Shown: positions 1 through 9,911 of the stretch, in pieces
Layout: each line of letters starts with the position of its first letter
Position numbering within the stretch: position 1 is the stretch's first letter
Source of the DNA: a phage
Reading direction: 5' to 3' (one strand)
Sequence record: OZ335956.1
Length of the DNA stretch: 49,912 nucleotides
Notes under the pieces: generated by a model
The model's database searches: none
The model's input: only the letters and a program-made list of their open reading frames with translations
Told to the model about the DNA's origin: nothing
Made by a program: the position numbers and the translations under genes

Positions 1-1569
1 ATGATTCAATGGGAAGAACTCGACGCAACTCAGAAGTTGGCGATCAAGAAAATGAGCGAGGCCAATTTCGAAAAAATGATTCGGATCTGGTTCCAGCTTA
101 TGCAGGCTCAGCAGTTCCAGCCTAACTGGCATCACCTTTACCTATGTCACGAAGTGGAGGAAATTATTGCAGGCCGACGCGGGAACACTATCTTTAACGT
201 CACTCCAGGCTCCGGTAAAACTGAGGTATTCTCAATTCACCTTCCTGTATACGCGATGCTCAAGTGTAAGAAGGTGCGAAACCTTAACGTGTCGTTTGCC
301 GACAGTCTGGTGAAGCGTAACAGTAAGCGCGTGCGTGAGATTATCAGCAGCAACGAGTTCCAGGAGCTATGGCCTTGCAAGTTTGGCACATCGAAAGACG
401 AAGAGATGCAAGTGCTTAATGACGATGGAAAGGTTTGGTTTGAGTTAATCTCCGCTGCGGCTGGCGGTCGTATTACTGGTTCGCGTGGTGGCTACATGAT
501 GCCGGGATTTTCCGGGATGGTAATGCTCGACGATATCGACAAGCCTGATGATATGTTCTCAAAGGTTAAGCGTGAGCGTACGCATATGCTATTGAAGAAC
601 ACCATTCGATCCCGTCGTATGCATAACGAAACTCCAATTATCGCAATACAGCAGCGACTACACGCACAAGATTCGACGTGGTTCATGATGAATGGCGGCA
701 TGGGTATTGAGTTCGATCAGATCTCAATTCCGGCACTAGTAACTGAAGAGTACGGCAAGACGCTTCCTGACTGGTTACAGCCTTACTTTGAGCGCGACGT
801 TTTGTCGTCTGAATATGTAGAGTTGGATGGAGTTAAGCATTACTCATTCTGGCCCAGCAAGGAAAGCGTTCACGACCTGTTAGCGCTTCGAGAAGCGGAC
901 CAGTATACCTTTGACTCTCAGTATCAGCAGAAGCCGATCGCGCTTGGTGGCTCCGTGTTTAACTCTGAGTGGTGGACTTATTACGGTAGCAGCCTTGACG
1001 CTGACGAGCCAGATCCGGGTAAATATGATTACCGTTTTATCACTGCCGATACCGCTCAGAAGACAGGCGAGCTAAACGACTACACGGTCTTTTGTTTGTG
1101 GGGCAAGAAAAACGATAAGGTTTACTTTATTGACGGCATTCGCGGTAAGTGGGAAGCGCCTGATATGGAGAAACAATTTACCGCATTCGTTAATCAGGCG
1201 TGGAGACACAATAAATCAATGGGTGTGCTTCGCAAAATTTACGTGGAAGATAAAGCGAGCGGTACGGGGCTGATCCAGAATCTCAGGAAAAAGACCCCGA
1301 TCTCTATCACTCCATTGCAGCGTAACAAAGACAAAGTTACCCGCGCGATGGATGCTCAGCCAGTCATCAAGGCTGGGCGCGTAGTTCTTCCAGAAGAGCA
1401 CCCTATGCTCGCGGAAATTATCGCAGAACATAGCGCGTTCACTTACGATGACACGCATCCGCACGACGATATTGTCGATAACTTCATGGACGCTGCAAAC
1501 ATTGAGCTACTGACAATTGACGATCCTATCGAGCGAATGAAGCGACTCGCCGGGATGGTTAAGCGGTAA
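1..1569 (+). CDS. terminase large subunit
   Basis: 522-aa ORF starting at window base 1 with RBS GGAGA at window end (49901-49905); ATPase-like N-terminal region (GSGKTEV) and nuclease-like C-terminal half; directly downstream of putative small terminase when window is circularised. Confidence 0.8.
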   Translation: MIQWEELDATQKLAIKKMSEANFEKMIRIWFQLMQAQQFQPNWHHLYLCHEVEEIIAGRRGNTIFNVTPGSGKTEVFSIHLPVYAMLKCKKVRNLNVSFADSLVKRNSKRVREIISSNEFQELWPCKFGTSKDEEMQVLNDDGKVWFELISAAAGGRITGSRGGYMMPGFSGMVMLDDIDKPDDMFSKVKRERTHMLLKNTIRSRRMHNETPIIAIQQRLHAQDSTWFMMNGGMGIEFDQISIPALVTEEYGKTLPDWLQPYFERDVLSSEYVELDGVKHYSFWPSKESVHDLLALREADQYTFDSQYQQKPIALGGSVFNSEWWTYYGSSLDADEPDPGKYDYRFITADTAQKTGELNDYTVFCLWGKKNDKVYFIDGIRGKWEAPDMEKQFTAFVNQAWRHNKSMGVLRKIYVEDKASGTGLIQNLRKKTPISITPLQRNKDKVTRAMDAQPVIKAGRVVLPEEHPMLAEIIAEHSAFTYDDTHPHDDIVDNFMDAANIELLTIDDPIERMKRLAGMVKR

Positions 1570-1587
1570 TAAATGAGATATAATCAA

Positions 1588-1612
1588 GGCTGTCAATTGA
1601 CGGCCTTTTTTA
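1588..1612 (+). terminator. hairpin (GGCTGTCAA/TTGACGGCC) plus T-run between terminase and portal; possible attenuator
   Basis: inverted repeat followed by TTTTTTATT seen directly in sequence. Confidence 0.3.
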
Positions 1613-1623
1613 TTGGAGGAAAC

Positions 1624-2907
1624 ATGAAAATTGTTAAGCATGATGGATATAACGATATCTTTAACGGCGGTGCGGACGGTTCACCTAAGCCATTTTTTAT
1701 GTCAGATGCATCATATCACGTAGGATCTTTCTACAATGACAATGCCACGGCAAAGCGTATTGTAGATGTGATTCCTGAAGAGATGGTGACGGCTGGGTTT
1801 AAAATATCAGGCGTTAAGGATGAGAAAGAATTCAAATCTCTGTGGGATAGTTACAAAATTGATCCTAGCTTGGTTGACGTTCTTTGCTGGGCGCGCCTAT
1901 ACGGTGGAGCGGCTATTGTAGCGATCATTAATGACAACAGAATGCTAACCAGTCCAGTTAAGCCTGGAGCTAAACTTGAAGGTGTGCGTGTTTACGATAG
2001 GTTCGCAATTACAATCGAAAAAAGAGTAACCAATGCGCGATCGCCTCGCTATGGTGAGCCTGAGATCTATAAGGTGTCTCCTGGTGACAATATTCAACCT
2101 TACTTAATCCACCACACGAGAATTTTCATTACTGATGGTGAGAGAGTTACCCCTCAGATGCGGAAGCAGAATCAGGGGTGGGGCGCTTCAGTTTTGAATA
2201 AGTCACTGATTGATGCAATCTGCGACTACGACTATTGCGAATCACTTGCGACTCAGATCCTGCGGCGTAAGCAACAGGCGGTATGGAAGGTCAAAGGTCT
2301 TGCCGAAATGTGCGATGATGACGATGCTCAGTATGCGGCGCGTCTGCGACTTGCTCAGGTTGATGATAACTCAGGCGTAGGCCGCGCGATCGGTATCGAT
2401 GCTGAGACGGAAGAATACGATGTTCTAAACTCTGATATCAGCGGAGTACCTGAGTTCTTGTCAAGCAAGATGGATCGTATTGTTTCCCTTTCCGGGATTC
2501 ATGAGATTATCATCAAAAATAAGAACGTAGGCGGCGTATCAGCGAGCCAAAACACAGCGCTTGAGACTTTCTATAAGTTGGTAGATCGTAAGCGTGAGGA
2601 AGATTATAGACCGCTTCTTGAGTTCTTGTTGCCGTTCATTGTTGACGAGGAAGAGTGGTCGATCGAGTTCGAGCCGTTGTCGGTCCCGAGCAAGAAAGAA
2701 GAATCCGAGATTACGAAGAACAATGTTGAGTCTGTGACGAAAGCTATCACTGAGCAAATCATCGATCTGGAAGAGGCTCGCGATACGTTGCGCTCTATCG
2801 CTCCTGAGTTTAAACTCAAGGACGGTAATAACATTAACATTCGCGAACCAGAAGAAACAACCGAGCCGGAACCGGGATTAGGGGAGAAGTTAGAAGATGA
2901 AAATTAA
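1624..2907 (+). CDS. portal protein
   Basis: ATG at 1624 preceded by GGAGGA; ~427 aa; position after large terminase; acidic C-terminus typical of portals. Confidence 0.75.
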   Translation: MKIVKHDGYNDIFNGGADGSPKPFFMSDASYHVGSFYNDNATAKRIVDVIPEEMVTAGFKISGVKDEKEFKSLWDSYKIDPSLVDVLCWARLYGGAAIVAIINDNRMLTSPVKPGAKLEGVRVYDRFAITIEKRVTNARSPRYGEPEIYKVSPGDNIQPYLIHHTRIFITDGERVTPQMRKQNQGWGASVLNKSLIDAICDYDYCESLATQILRRKQQAVWKVKGLAEMCDDDDAQYAARLRLAQVDDNSGVGRAIGIDAETEEYDVLNSDISGVPEFLSSKMDRIVSLSGIHEIIIKNKNVGGVSASQNTALETFYKLVDRKREEDYRPLLEFLLPFIVDEEEWSIEFEPLSVPSKKEESEITKNNVESVTKAITEQIIDLEEARDTLRSIAPEFKLKDGNNINIREPEETTEPEPGLGEKLEDEN

Positions 2908-3658
2908 TGGCGTTGCTACTCAGTGGCGCTATCCTGAAATGAGTGAGCGTGCAATGTCGCGCTCCCTACAGGATGTAGCAGCCAAACTAACTGAAAAAAT
3001 GCGTAACGAATTAAAGCCGATGAAATTTGATGCTACCGACGAAGAGATAGATCAGGCAGAAAGGTCATTGCTTGATTACGTTGAATCGCTCATCGCGCCG
3101 ATTATCGGATCTCTATCATCCGTTGCGCTCACGATCTATAAATTCAACTCTAAGCAGTGGCTGCGCATCGCTCGCAATGCTGGAGGTAAGAAGAATCAAG
3201 CTGTTATGCTACTTGCCCTGATTGGTCCCACCGCTGCCGAAAGCTGGTACTCAGGACAATATAATCTGTGGCGATCGCAGGTGACTACTTCTATCAGGAA
3301 ATTTGCTGCCAACATGGTTACTGATTTCACTGATAAACTTCGTGCAGCATCCGGTCAGGGTAAAAGCAAGGATTTCGTGGCTGAACTGGTTAAGGAGCGA
3401 TTTGGCATTTACCGAAATTGGGCCAAAAACAGAGCGTCGGGAATCGTCGGAACGTGGAACAGTAGACTGATGCGGCAACGCATAAAAGACGCTGGAGTAT
3501 CTTGCTACTTCTGGCGCGGGGTGATGGATTTACGCGAACGTGAAAAACATGTAAGATGGGAAGGTAAGCGCATAGCGGTAGATTCTGATCATGTATTCCC
3601 TGGTGAAGAATACAATTGCCGTTGTTGGGCTGTTCCAGACTTTTCTACAGGAGATTAA
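2897..3658 (+). CDS. head morphogenesis / minor capsid protein (putative)
   Basis: 253-aa ORF overlapping portal stop; position between portal and scaffold-like gene. Confidence 0.5.
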   Translation: MKINGVATQWRYPEMSERAMSRSLQDVAAKLTEKMRNELKPMKFDATDEEIDQAERSLLDYVESLIAPIIGSLSSVALTIYKFNSKQWLRIARNAGGKKNQAVMLLALIGPTAAESWYSGQYNLWRSQVTTSIRKFAANMVTDFTDKLRAASGQGKSKDFVAELVKERFGIYRNWAKNRASGIVGTWNSRLMRQRIKDAGVSCYFWRGVMDLREREKHVRWEGKRIAVDSDHVFPGEEYNCRCWAVPDFSTGD

Positions 3659-3660
3659 AA

Positions 3661-4773
3661 ATGAAGGCAAAGCAAAGATTCGATTCGGTAAAAATCAAGG
3701 CGCATTTTGATGATAATGGTTTTTTGGTTGACCGTCCCATCGTAGCGCGAATCGGTGCTCAGGTTTACAAAACGCCACACGGAGATCGCGTTGAGTTTCG
3801 TCCTGCGTCCGAAGTGTTCAAACAAGACTCATTGCAAAGTTTTGCAGGCAAGCCGATTACAGTCGGGCACGTAACGGTGACGCCAAAAAATGCTAAGGAT
3901 GTTGTTGTCGGATCGTGTGCTGGTGCTGGTATTGCTTCAGGGGTTGGTGTTGAAGTTCCTTTGAGTATTTACAGTGAATACGCGATCGGTAAGGCAAAAG
4001 CGAAGGAGGCCGGGGAATTGTCAGTTGGCTACACGTCAGTTGATATTGATAAACCTGGTTGGGGTTCAAACGAAACTGGAGAATATATCTTCGAAGAGGA
4101 TATGAAACAGGATGAAGCGCCGCCTGAAGGATGGGTGAAGTTCGACGCGGTACAGACCAATATTAAGGTCAATCATATCGCCCTGGTCTTCAAAGGTCGT
4201 GCGGGAATTGCTAAATTAAACCTTGATGCCGAACAGGAATTTCCGTATGATAATAACGTTCAATCAACCAACGAGGACAAGCAAATGAAAAAAATTAAGA
4301 TCGATTCAGTTGATGTGGAAGTAACCGAAGACGTTGCGAACCATATCGAAAAGTTAACCGCACAGATCGCTACCATTCAGGGCAAAGCTGATGGTTTCGA
4401 AGCAGAACGCGACGCGCTCAAGGTCAAGGTTGACTCTCTACCGGAACTGGTAAAAGCAGAAGTGGAGAAGCAGAAAGCTGACGCAGCCGCACGCGCAGAA
4501 GTCACGGCAGTAGCAGAAACCGCAGGCGTTAAGCATGACGGCCTTGAAATCAAAGACGTTAAGGTGGCGGTTGTGAAAGCAATGCTGAACAAAGACGTTA
4601 GCGAAAAATCTGATGCATACATCGACGCCATGTTTGATGTTGCTAAGGATTCTGATATTATGGCTATTCAGCGTAAAGCGGTAAAAGGCGACTCTATCGA
4701 AGACGGCAAGCCGGAAGAGAAAAACGACGCCGCGCCTGTTACGCCAAATTCACGTTTAAGTAAAGTAATGTAA
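3661..4773 (+). CDS. prohead scaffolding / protease-like protein (putative)
   Basis: ATG 3661 with RBS CAGGAG; C-terminal A/E/K-rich coiled-coil-like region (KAEVEKQKADAAARAE); position upstream of capsid genes. Confidence 0.45.
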   Translation: MKAKQRFDSVKIKAHFDDNGFLVDRPIVARIGAQVYKTPHGDRVEFRPASEVFKQDSLQSFAGKPITVGHVTVTPKNAKDVVVGSCAGAGIASGVGVEVPLSIYSEYAIGKAKAKEAGELSVGYTSVDIDKPGWGSNETGEYIFEEDMKQDEAPPEGWVKFDAVQTNIKVNHIALVFKGRAGIAKLNLDAEQEFPYDNNVQSTNEDKQMKKIKIDSVDVEVTEDVANHIEKLTAQIATIQGKADGFEAERDALKVKVDSLPELVKAEVEKQKADAAARAEVTAVAETAGVKHDGLEIKDVKVAVVKAMLNKDVSEKSDAYIDAMFDVAKDSDIMAIQRKAVKGDSIEDGKPEEKNDAAPVTPNSRLSKVM

Positions 4774-4784
4774 GGAGAAAAATT

Positions 4785-5261
4785 ATGGCACAGATTAACG
4801 CATCTTATCAGCGCGACATGGCGATCGCCCTTCCGGGTATGGTTGCTGACACTTCCAAATACAACATCGACGGCGCTTGTGTCGTTAACGAAGGTGATGT
4901 TTTTGTTGGTGCTGCTGTTCAGGTTGTCCAAGCTCAGGCTGTTGATGGTCATAAACTGGTTAAGGCTATGGAAGCGTCTAAAGTACCGTACGGCGTAGCG
5001 ATTCGTTCTCACTGGCAGACTGTCAACGCTCAAAACCAGATGGTTTATGAAGAAGGTGGCGCAATCAACGTAATGACCTCCGGGCGAGTCTGGATGCTTT
5101 CAAAATCAGAAGAAGCACCAACTTTCGGAACTGCTGTTAAGTTAGATGTTGATGGTCAGGAAAAATCTGATGGCACGATCGAAACTACCTGGACTTACGC
5201 TGGCGGCTGGACTAAATACAAAGACATTCAGCTTGTAGAAGTTCAGTTGCATCAACTGTAA
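4785..5261 (+). CDS. capsid decoration-like protein (paralog A)
   Basis: strong RBS AAGGAGAAA; N-terminus (SKYNIDGACVVNEGD) paralogous to next ORF. Confidence 0.45.
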   Translation: MAQINASYQRDMAIALPGMVADTSKYNIDGACVVNEGDVFVGAAVQVVQAQAVDGHKLVKAMEASKVPYGVAIRSHWQTVNAQNQMVYEEGGAINVMTSGRVWMLSKSEEAPTFGTAVKLDVDGQEKSDGTIETTWTYAGGWTKYKDIQLVEVQLHQL

Positions 5262-5321
5262 TTAGCGTTTAATATGGGGACTATCCTTTTTGGATGGTCC
5301 TTTTTTTATGGAGAAATAATT

Positions 5322-6086
5322 ATGGCTTACGAAAATTTAATGTTGCGCCCGGCGTGTCCTGGAAATCTTTCCGATACTTCAACCTACAATATTGATGGTG
5401 CTTGCGTTGCGCAGGGTGATATTGAGTTCGGCTCGGCGGTACAGGTTATCGGGATCGTTGATGGTGTTAAAGTCGTTACGGCGCTTACTGATGGTGGAAC
5501 TCCTTACGGTATAGCTTTCCGTTCCCAATATGAACACCTGAGCGGTAAAATCTTAGACGGCGAAGTGTGCAACGTAGTTTCTTACGGTCGAATGTGGACG
5601 CTTACTTCTCTTGATGAGGCTCCCGGCTTATTCTCAAAGTTGCAATTTGGATCTGGTGGCGTTGTTACTGGTGGATCTGGTTCCGTAGGTTGGACCTTCG
5701 CGGGTGGATTTGTTAAGCATGAAGACGGCTACATCATTGAGGTTCAGGTGAAACAAAATGCTTTCATCGTCCCACCGCCGCCTCCAGTTGTTCTTGTTGA
5801 ATCAGCTACGATCACTACCGACAAGGAAAGTCCTCAGCCTAACAACGTTACGATTCAGTGCGTAGCTAATGTTCTTCCTGTGAACGCTGATGATAAAACT
5901 GGCAAGTGGTCAATTGACGCCACCAACATTGCTACTGTGGATCCGGACTCAGGTTTGGTTACTCCTGTAGGTGGAGAAGTCGTCGGTAACTTCAATATCA
6001 CATGGACGGCTAACGACGCCAGCAAGACGAAGGCAACTATTGCCTATCGCGTAGAAGCGGCTCCAACTCCAGAAGGTGAGTCATAA
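5322..6086 (+). CDS. capsid decoration-like protein with Ig-like C-terminal domain (paralog B)
   Basis: ATG 5322 with RBS GGAGAAA; N-terminus (STYNIDGACVAQGD) paralogous to 4785..5261; PPPPP linker then beta-rich Ig-like region. Confidence 0.45.
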   Translation: MAYENLMLRPACPGNLSDTSTYNIDGACVAQGDIEFGSAVQVIGIVDGVKVVTALTDGGTPYGIAFRSQYEHLSGKILDGEVCNVVSYGRMWTLTSLDEAPGLFSKLQFGSGGVVTGGSGSVGWTFAGGFVKHEDGYIIEVQVKQNAFIVPPPPPVVLVESATITTDKESPQPNNVTIQCVANVLPVNADDKTGKWSIDATNIATVDPDSGLVTPVGGEVVGNFNITWTANDASKTKATIAYRVEAAPTPEGES

Positions 6087-6107
6087 CACAAAAATGCTTT
6101 GACGCTT

Positions 6108-6122
6108 TAACAAAAAGTGCTA
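6108..6122. promoter_or_regulatory. palindromic motif site TAACA-N5-TGCTA
   Basis: ttaacaaaaagtgcta; a weaker copy lies at 6084-6098. Confidence 0.5.
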
Positions 6123-6130
6123 TTATTGAA

Positions 6131-6157
6131 GCCGTGAACATAATCACGGCTTTTTTA
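6131..6157 (+). terminator. rho-independent terminator
   Basis: GCCGTGAACATAATCACGGC hairpin followed by TTTTTT. Confidence 0.6.
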
Positions 6158-6177
6158 TTAACTAAGGAGAAATAATT

Positions 6178-7137
6178 ATGGCTACTAAAAAATTTGATGA
6201 AGCAGACAAAAGCAATGTCGAAATGTATCTGATCCAGGCTGGCGTAAAGCAGGATGCAGCAGCAACTATGGGTATCTGGACCGCTCAGGAACTACACCGC
6301 ATCAAAAACCAGTCTTACGAAGAAGATTACCCTGTCGGCTCCGCGCTGCGAGTATTCCCGGTTACTACCGATCTTTCTCCGACTGACAAGACTTTCGAAT
6401 ACATGACCTTTGATAAGGTTGGCACGGCTCAGATTATCGCGGACTACACCGACGACCTGCCGCTTGTTGATGCCCTGGGCACTTCTGAGTTCGGTAAAGT
6501 GTTCCGTTTGGGTAACGCGTATCTGATCTCAATCGACGAAATCAAAGCGGGTCAGGCAACTGGTCGCCCACTGTCAACTCGTAAGGCAAGTGCATGTCAG
6601 TTAGCGCATGACCAACTGGTTAACCGTCTGGTGTTCAAAGGTTCCGTGCCGCACAAGATCGTGTCCGTGTTCAATCATCCGAACATCACCAAAATTACCT
6701 CCGGTAAGTGGATGGATGGCGCAACTCAGAAACCGGAAACAGCAGAAGCTGAATTGACTCAGGCAATCGAAACCATCGAGACGATTACTCGCGGTCAGCA
6801 TCGTGCAACCAACATTCTGATCCCGCCGTCCATGCGTAAGGTATTGGCTATTCGTATGCCTGAGACTACCATGTCTTATCTGGACTACTTCAAGTCTCAG
6901 AATGCTGGTATCGAGATCGACTCTATCGCAGAGCTTGAAGATATCGACGGCGCGGGTACTAAAGGTGTGCTGGTTTACGAAAAGAATCCGATGAACATGT
7001 CCATCGAGATCCCGGAAGCATTCAACATGCTGCCAGCACAGCCGAAAGACTTGCACTTTAAAGTGCCTTGCACCTCTAAGTGTACTGGTCTTACAATTTA
7101 TCGCCCGATGACTATTGTCTTAATCACTGGCGTGTAA
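6178..7137 (+). CDS. major capsid protein (putative)
   Basis: 319-aa ORF with strong RBS AAGGAGAAA, flanked by terminators on both sides; position in head module. Confidence 0.6.
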   Translation: MATKKFDEADKSNVEMYLIQAGVKQDAAATMGIWTAQELHRIKNQSYEEDYPVGSALRVFPVTTDLSPTDKTFEYMTFDKVGTAQIIADYTDDLPLVDALGTSEFGKVFRLGNAYLISIDEIKAGQATGRPLSTRKASACQLAHDQLVNRLVFKGSVPHKIVSVFNHPNITKITSGKWMDGATQKPETAEAELTQAIETIETITRGQHRATNILIPPSMRKVLAIRMPETTMSYLDYFKSQNAGIEIDSIAELEDIDGAGTKGVLVYEKNPMNMSIEIPEAFNMLPAQPKDLHFKVPCTSKCTGLTIYRPMTIVLITGV

Positions 7138-7144
7138 TATCATA

Positions 7145-7175
7145 GGGGCTAACTTAGTTAGTCCCTTTTTTTTTA
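7145..7175 (+). terminator. rho-independent terminator
   Basis: GGGGCTAAC..GTTAGTCCC hairpin followed by T10. Confidence 0.65.
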
Positions 7176-7189
7176 TTGGAGAAATCAAA

Positions 7190-7477
7190 ATGGCTAAAGA
7201 AAAAACTGTTGTTATCGTAAACGTTGGTGTAGCTCTTCAAATGTTCCGTCTTGAAGATGGTTCATTTGCTAAAGTTCTTCCAGATGAAGAGGTCACGCTT
7301 CCGGCGTCCGTTCTTGATTTACCTGGCCTGCGTTGCTTAATTGCTCGCGAAGAAATCGAAGTTAAAGACGATAGTGCAACCAACCGCAAAATCCGCGATG
7401 AAATGGCAAAGATCACGAAGCCAGATCCGTGGGATAGCAAAAGCGTTAAAGAGCTTGAGGACGGCGGCGAATATTAA
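7190..7477 (+). CDS. hypothetical protein
   Basis: 95-aa ORF with RBS GGAGAAA between two terminators. Confidence 0.5.
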   Translation: MAKEKTVVIVNVGVALQMFRLEDGSFAKVLPDEEVTLPASVLDLPGLRCLIAREEIEVKDDSATNRKIRDEMAKITKPDPWDSKSVKELEDGGEY

Positions 7478-7483
7478 TCATCA

Positions 7484-7509
7484 AGGCGCTCATGTAGCGC
7501 CTTTTTTTA
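7484..7509 (+). terminator. rho-independent terminator
   Basis: AGGCGC..GCGCCT hairpin followed by T7. Confidence 0.6.
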
Positions 7510-7521
7510 TGGAGGTAAATT

Positions 7522-7932
7522 ATGAATCAAGAAACTTTAATTGCAGTTGTTGAGCAGATGCGAAAGCTGGTTCCGGCACTTCGTAAGGTTCCAGATGAAA
7601 CGCTTTATGCATGGGTAGAAATGGCTGAGCTATTCGTCTGCCATAAGACCTTCAAAGATGCATACGTCAAAGCGCTTGCTCTTTATGCATTGCATCTTGC
7701 CTTCCTTGATGGCGCGCTAAAAGGTGAAGATGAAGATCTGGAGTCTTACTCACGACGCGTTACGTCATTCTCCCTGAGTGGTGAATTTAGCCAGACTTTC
7801 GGAGAGGTTACGAAGAACCAGTCAGGGAACGTGATGCTTTCAACGCCGTGGGGTAAGATGTTTGAACAGCTTAAAGCGCGCCGCCGTGGTCGATTTGCAT
7901 TAATGACCGGACTCCGTGGAGGATGCCACTAA
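7522..7932 (+). CDS. head-tail connector / head completion protein (putative)
   Basis: 136-aa ORF with RBS GGAGGT; gene order. Confidence 0.4.
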   Translation: MNQETLIAVVEQMRKLVPALRKVPDETLYAWVEMAELFVCHKTFKDAYVKALALYALHLAFLDGALKGEDEDLESYSRRVTSFSLSGEFSQTFGEVTKNQSGNVMLSTPWGKMFEQLKARRRGRFALMTGLRGGCH

Positions 7933-8303
7933 TGAACTACTCACAAATTGAACGAATGGCCCGGAAGGGTGTAGCTTTCTTCACCGACCCATCCAGGCCA
8001 ATGAACCTGATAAAAAAAGGTGAATATGGTTACGACGAGAACGGATTCGAGATCCCACCGATGGAACAGGTTATTCCAATATCTGGAGCAACTCGCAGGC
8101 CAAAGGCTCGGGAGATTGACGGGGAAACAATCCGTGCCTCAGACCTTTTGGGGATCTTCAATAATGACCATGAGATAAAAGAAGGCGACTATATAGAAAT
8201 TGATGGTGTGCGTCATGTTGTCGTTGACGCTCGTCCGGTGCAGGCATCATTAGAGCCTGTTGCCTATCGTCCAGTATTGCGGAGGATATCAGTCGGTGGC
8301 TAA
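7932..8303 (+). CDS. head-tail adaptor-like structural protein (putative)
   Basis: ATG 7932 preceded by GGAGGA at good spacing; track start 7923 lacks RBS spacing. Confidence 0.4.
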   Translation: MNYSQIERMARKGVAFFTDPSRPMNLIKKGEYGYDENGFEIPPMEQVIPISGATRRPKAREIDGETIRASDLLGIFNNDHEIKEGDYIEIDGVRHVVVDARPVQASLEPVAYRPVLRRISVGG

Positions 8304-8739
8304 CTATCAGATTCGCAGGTTTCAAGGTGAGATTGATGCGTGGATTAAGGCTGCTGAGAGCACACTAGAGCACGCCATAGAGATATTCGTCAGAGATGTG
8401 CATAGCGCTCTCGTTAGCCGCTCTCCGGTCGATACGGGTCGCTTTAAGGGTAACTGGCAGATAACTTTTAACGAAATCCCCAACTACGCATTAAACCGAT
8501 ACGATAAAACTGGCGGCGTCGTCCGTTGGGAAGAGCAAGCCAAAACTTATGGCATGTTCAGCCGTGGCGGCGCTATAACATCCGTTCACTTCTCAAACAT
8601 GTTGATTTATGCAAACGCACTTGAATACGGTCACTCGCAACAAGCACCAAGCGGCGTCGTAGGTCTGGTGGCGCTAAGGCTGAGATCGTATATGGCAGAC
8701 GCAATCAAACAAGCAAGGAGACAACAAAATGCACTATGA
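8296..8739 (+). CDS. tail completion / neck protein (HK97 gp10-like, putative)
   Basis: GTG 8296 preceded by GGAGGA; motif SPVDTGRFKGNWQ resembles the gp10 family. Confidence 0.45.
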   Translation: MANYQIRRFQGEIDAWIKAAESTLEHAIEIFVRDVHSALVSRSPVDTGRFKGNWQITFNEIPNYALNRYDKTGGVVRWEEQAKTYGMFSRGGAITSVHFSNMLIYANALEYGHSQQAPSGVVGLVALRLRSYMADAIKQARRQQNAL

Positions 8740-9127
8740 GTTATCAGCGGCGGCACGCGCCGCCTTTCTTTCAAAATACAGGGACTTTCCTCACTACATG
8801 GAAAACCGTAACTTTACACCTCCGAAGGACGGCGGTGTGTGGCTGAGGTTCAACTACATTGAAGGCGACACGCTTTATCTATCCATTGATAGAAAATGCA
8901 AGTCTTACATTGCGATCGTGCAAGTCGGTGTAGTGTTTCCACCAGGCTCCGGCGTTGATGAAGCAAGATTGAAAGCAAAAGAGATTGCCGATTTTTTCAA
9001 AGATGGTAAAATGCTTAACGTTGGTTATATTTTCGAGGGTGCAATCGTGCATCAAATTGTTAAACACGAAAGCGGTTGGGTGATTCCAGTTCGCTTTACA
9101 GTACGAGTAGACACAAAGGAGACTTAA
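8729..9127 (+). CDS. tail structural protein (putative)
   Basis: 132-aa ORF with RBS AAGGAGA; gene order. Confidence 0.4.
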   Translation: MHYELSAAARAAFLSKYRDFPHYMENRNFTPPKDGGVWLRFNYIEGDTLYLSIDRKCKSYIAIVQVGVVFPPGSGVDEARLKAKEIADFFKDGKMLNVGYIFEGAIVHQIVKHESGWVIPVRFTVRVDTKET

Positions 9128-9129
9128 TT

Positions 9130-9798
9130 ATGCACTTACCAAATGGCGCACAAATTTTCGTAGAAACCTCTCGCGGCGATGAGATTGATGCTTCTGCGGT
9201 TAGCAATGCTGAGCGACCCGTTGCAACGGTAGCATCTAAGGGTGATTTAGCTAAAGGTGATTACGTTATTGTAACTCAGTCAACTTGGGCTAAAATTGTT
9301 AGCCGAGTCCTTATTGTGACCGACGCTCAAGAAACAGAAATTACACTGGCTGGAATTGACACATCTGATACTCTTGTTTTCCCGTCTGGCGGCACAATGA
9401 GTTTTGCAAAAATTACTGGTTGGACTGAGATTCCATGCGTGCAGGAGATTGGTCAGGACGGTGGCGAGCAGCAGTATTACACGTATCAGTGTTTGTCTGA
9501 CGACAAAGAGCAGCAGATCCCGACTTTTAAATCTGCGATCTCGCTAACTTATACTTTTGCTCACGAATTTGATAACCCGATCTACCCGATTCTGCGCAAG
9601 CTGGATGCATCTGGTCAGGTAACTGCGGTTCGAATGTATGTACCTAAAGCAAGTGAGATGCGTATGTGGGCTGGCATCTTATCGTTTAACGACATTCCAT
9701 CCACGCAGGTTAACGAGATGGAAACGGTTGAATTATCCGTATCCCTGAAAGGTGACTTTACTTTCGTATCTTCCACTCTAGCATCGCCTGGTGCTTAA
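9130..9798 (+). CDS. major tail protein (putative)
   Basis: ATG 9130 with RBS AAGGAGA; 222 aa; immediately upstream of chaperone frameshift pair. Confidence 0.55.
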   Translation: MHLPNGAQIFVETSRGDEIDASAVSNAERPVATVASKGDLAKGDYVIVTQSTWAKIVSRVLIVTDAQETEITLAGIDTSDTLVFPSGGTMSFAKITGWTEIPCVQEIGQDGGEQQYYTYQCLSDDKEQQIPTFKSAISLTYTFAHEFDNPIYPILRKLDASGQVTAVRMYVPKASEMRMWAGILSFNDIPSTQVNEMETVELSVSLKGDFTFVSSTLASPGA

Positions 9799-9810
9799 AT
9801 CATATCCACA

Positions 9811-9838
9811 GGGGGCTTGCGCCCCCTTCTTCATTTCT
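9811..9838 (+). terminator. terminator-like hairpin
   Basis: GGGGGCTTGCGCCCCC followed by TTCTTCATTTCTG. Confidence 0.45.
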
Positions 9839-9874
9839 GTAAAATCATCGTATCAACTTTATTCACTTCGTTTT

Positions 9875-9889
9875 TAACAAAAAGTGCTA
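9875..9889. promoter_or_regulatory. palindromic motif site TAACA-N5-TGCTA
   Basis: taacaaaaagtgcta followed by aaccaatcaggagaaatatcATG. Confidence 0.5.
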
Positions 9890-9911
9890 TTAACCAATCA
9901 GGAGAAATATC

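Noticed and set aside
1573-1623. Upstream N-terminal extensions of track ORFs (1573, 3616, 5274, 9076, 10555, 13404, 13837, 14640, 22457, 36129, 39608 and others)
   Set aside because: Track starts include alternative start codons without RBS; internal ATG/GTG codons with properly spaced Shine-Dalgarno sequences were preferred
6601-7056. Antisense ORFs nested inside larger genes (for example 6601..7056, 2604..2840, 13050..13358, 25984..26424, 26480..26935, 44703..44963)
   Set aside because: Fully contained in longer, better-supported ORFs on the opposite strand, with no RBS and compositionally odd translations; treated as frame shadows
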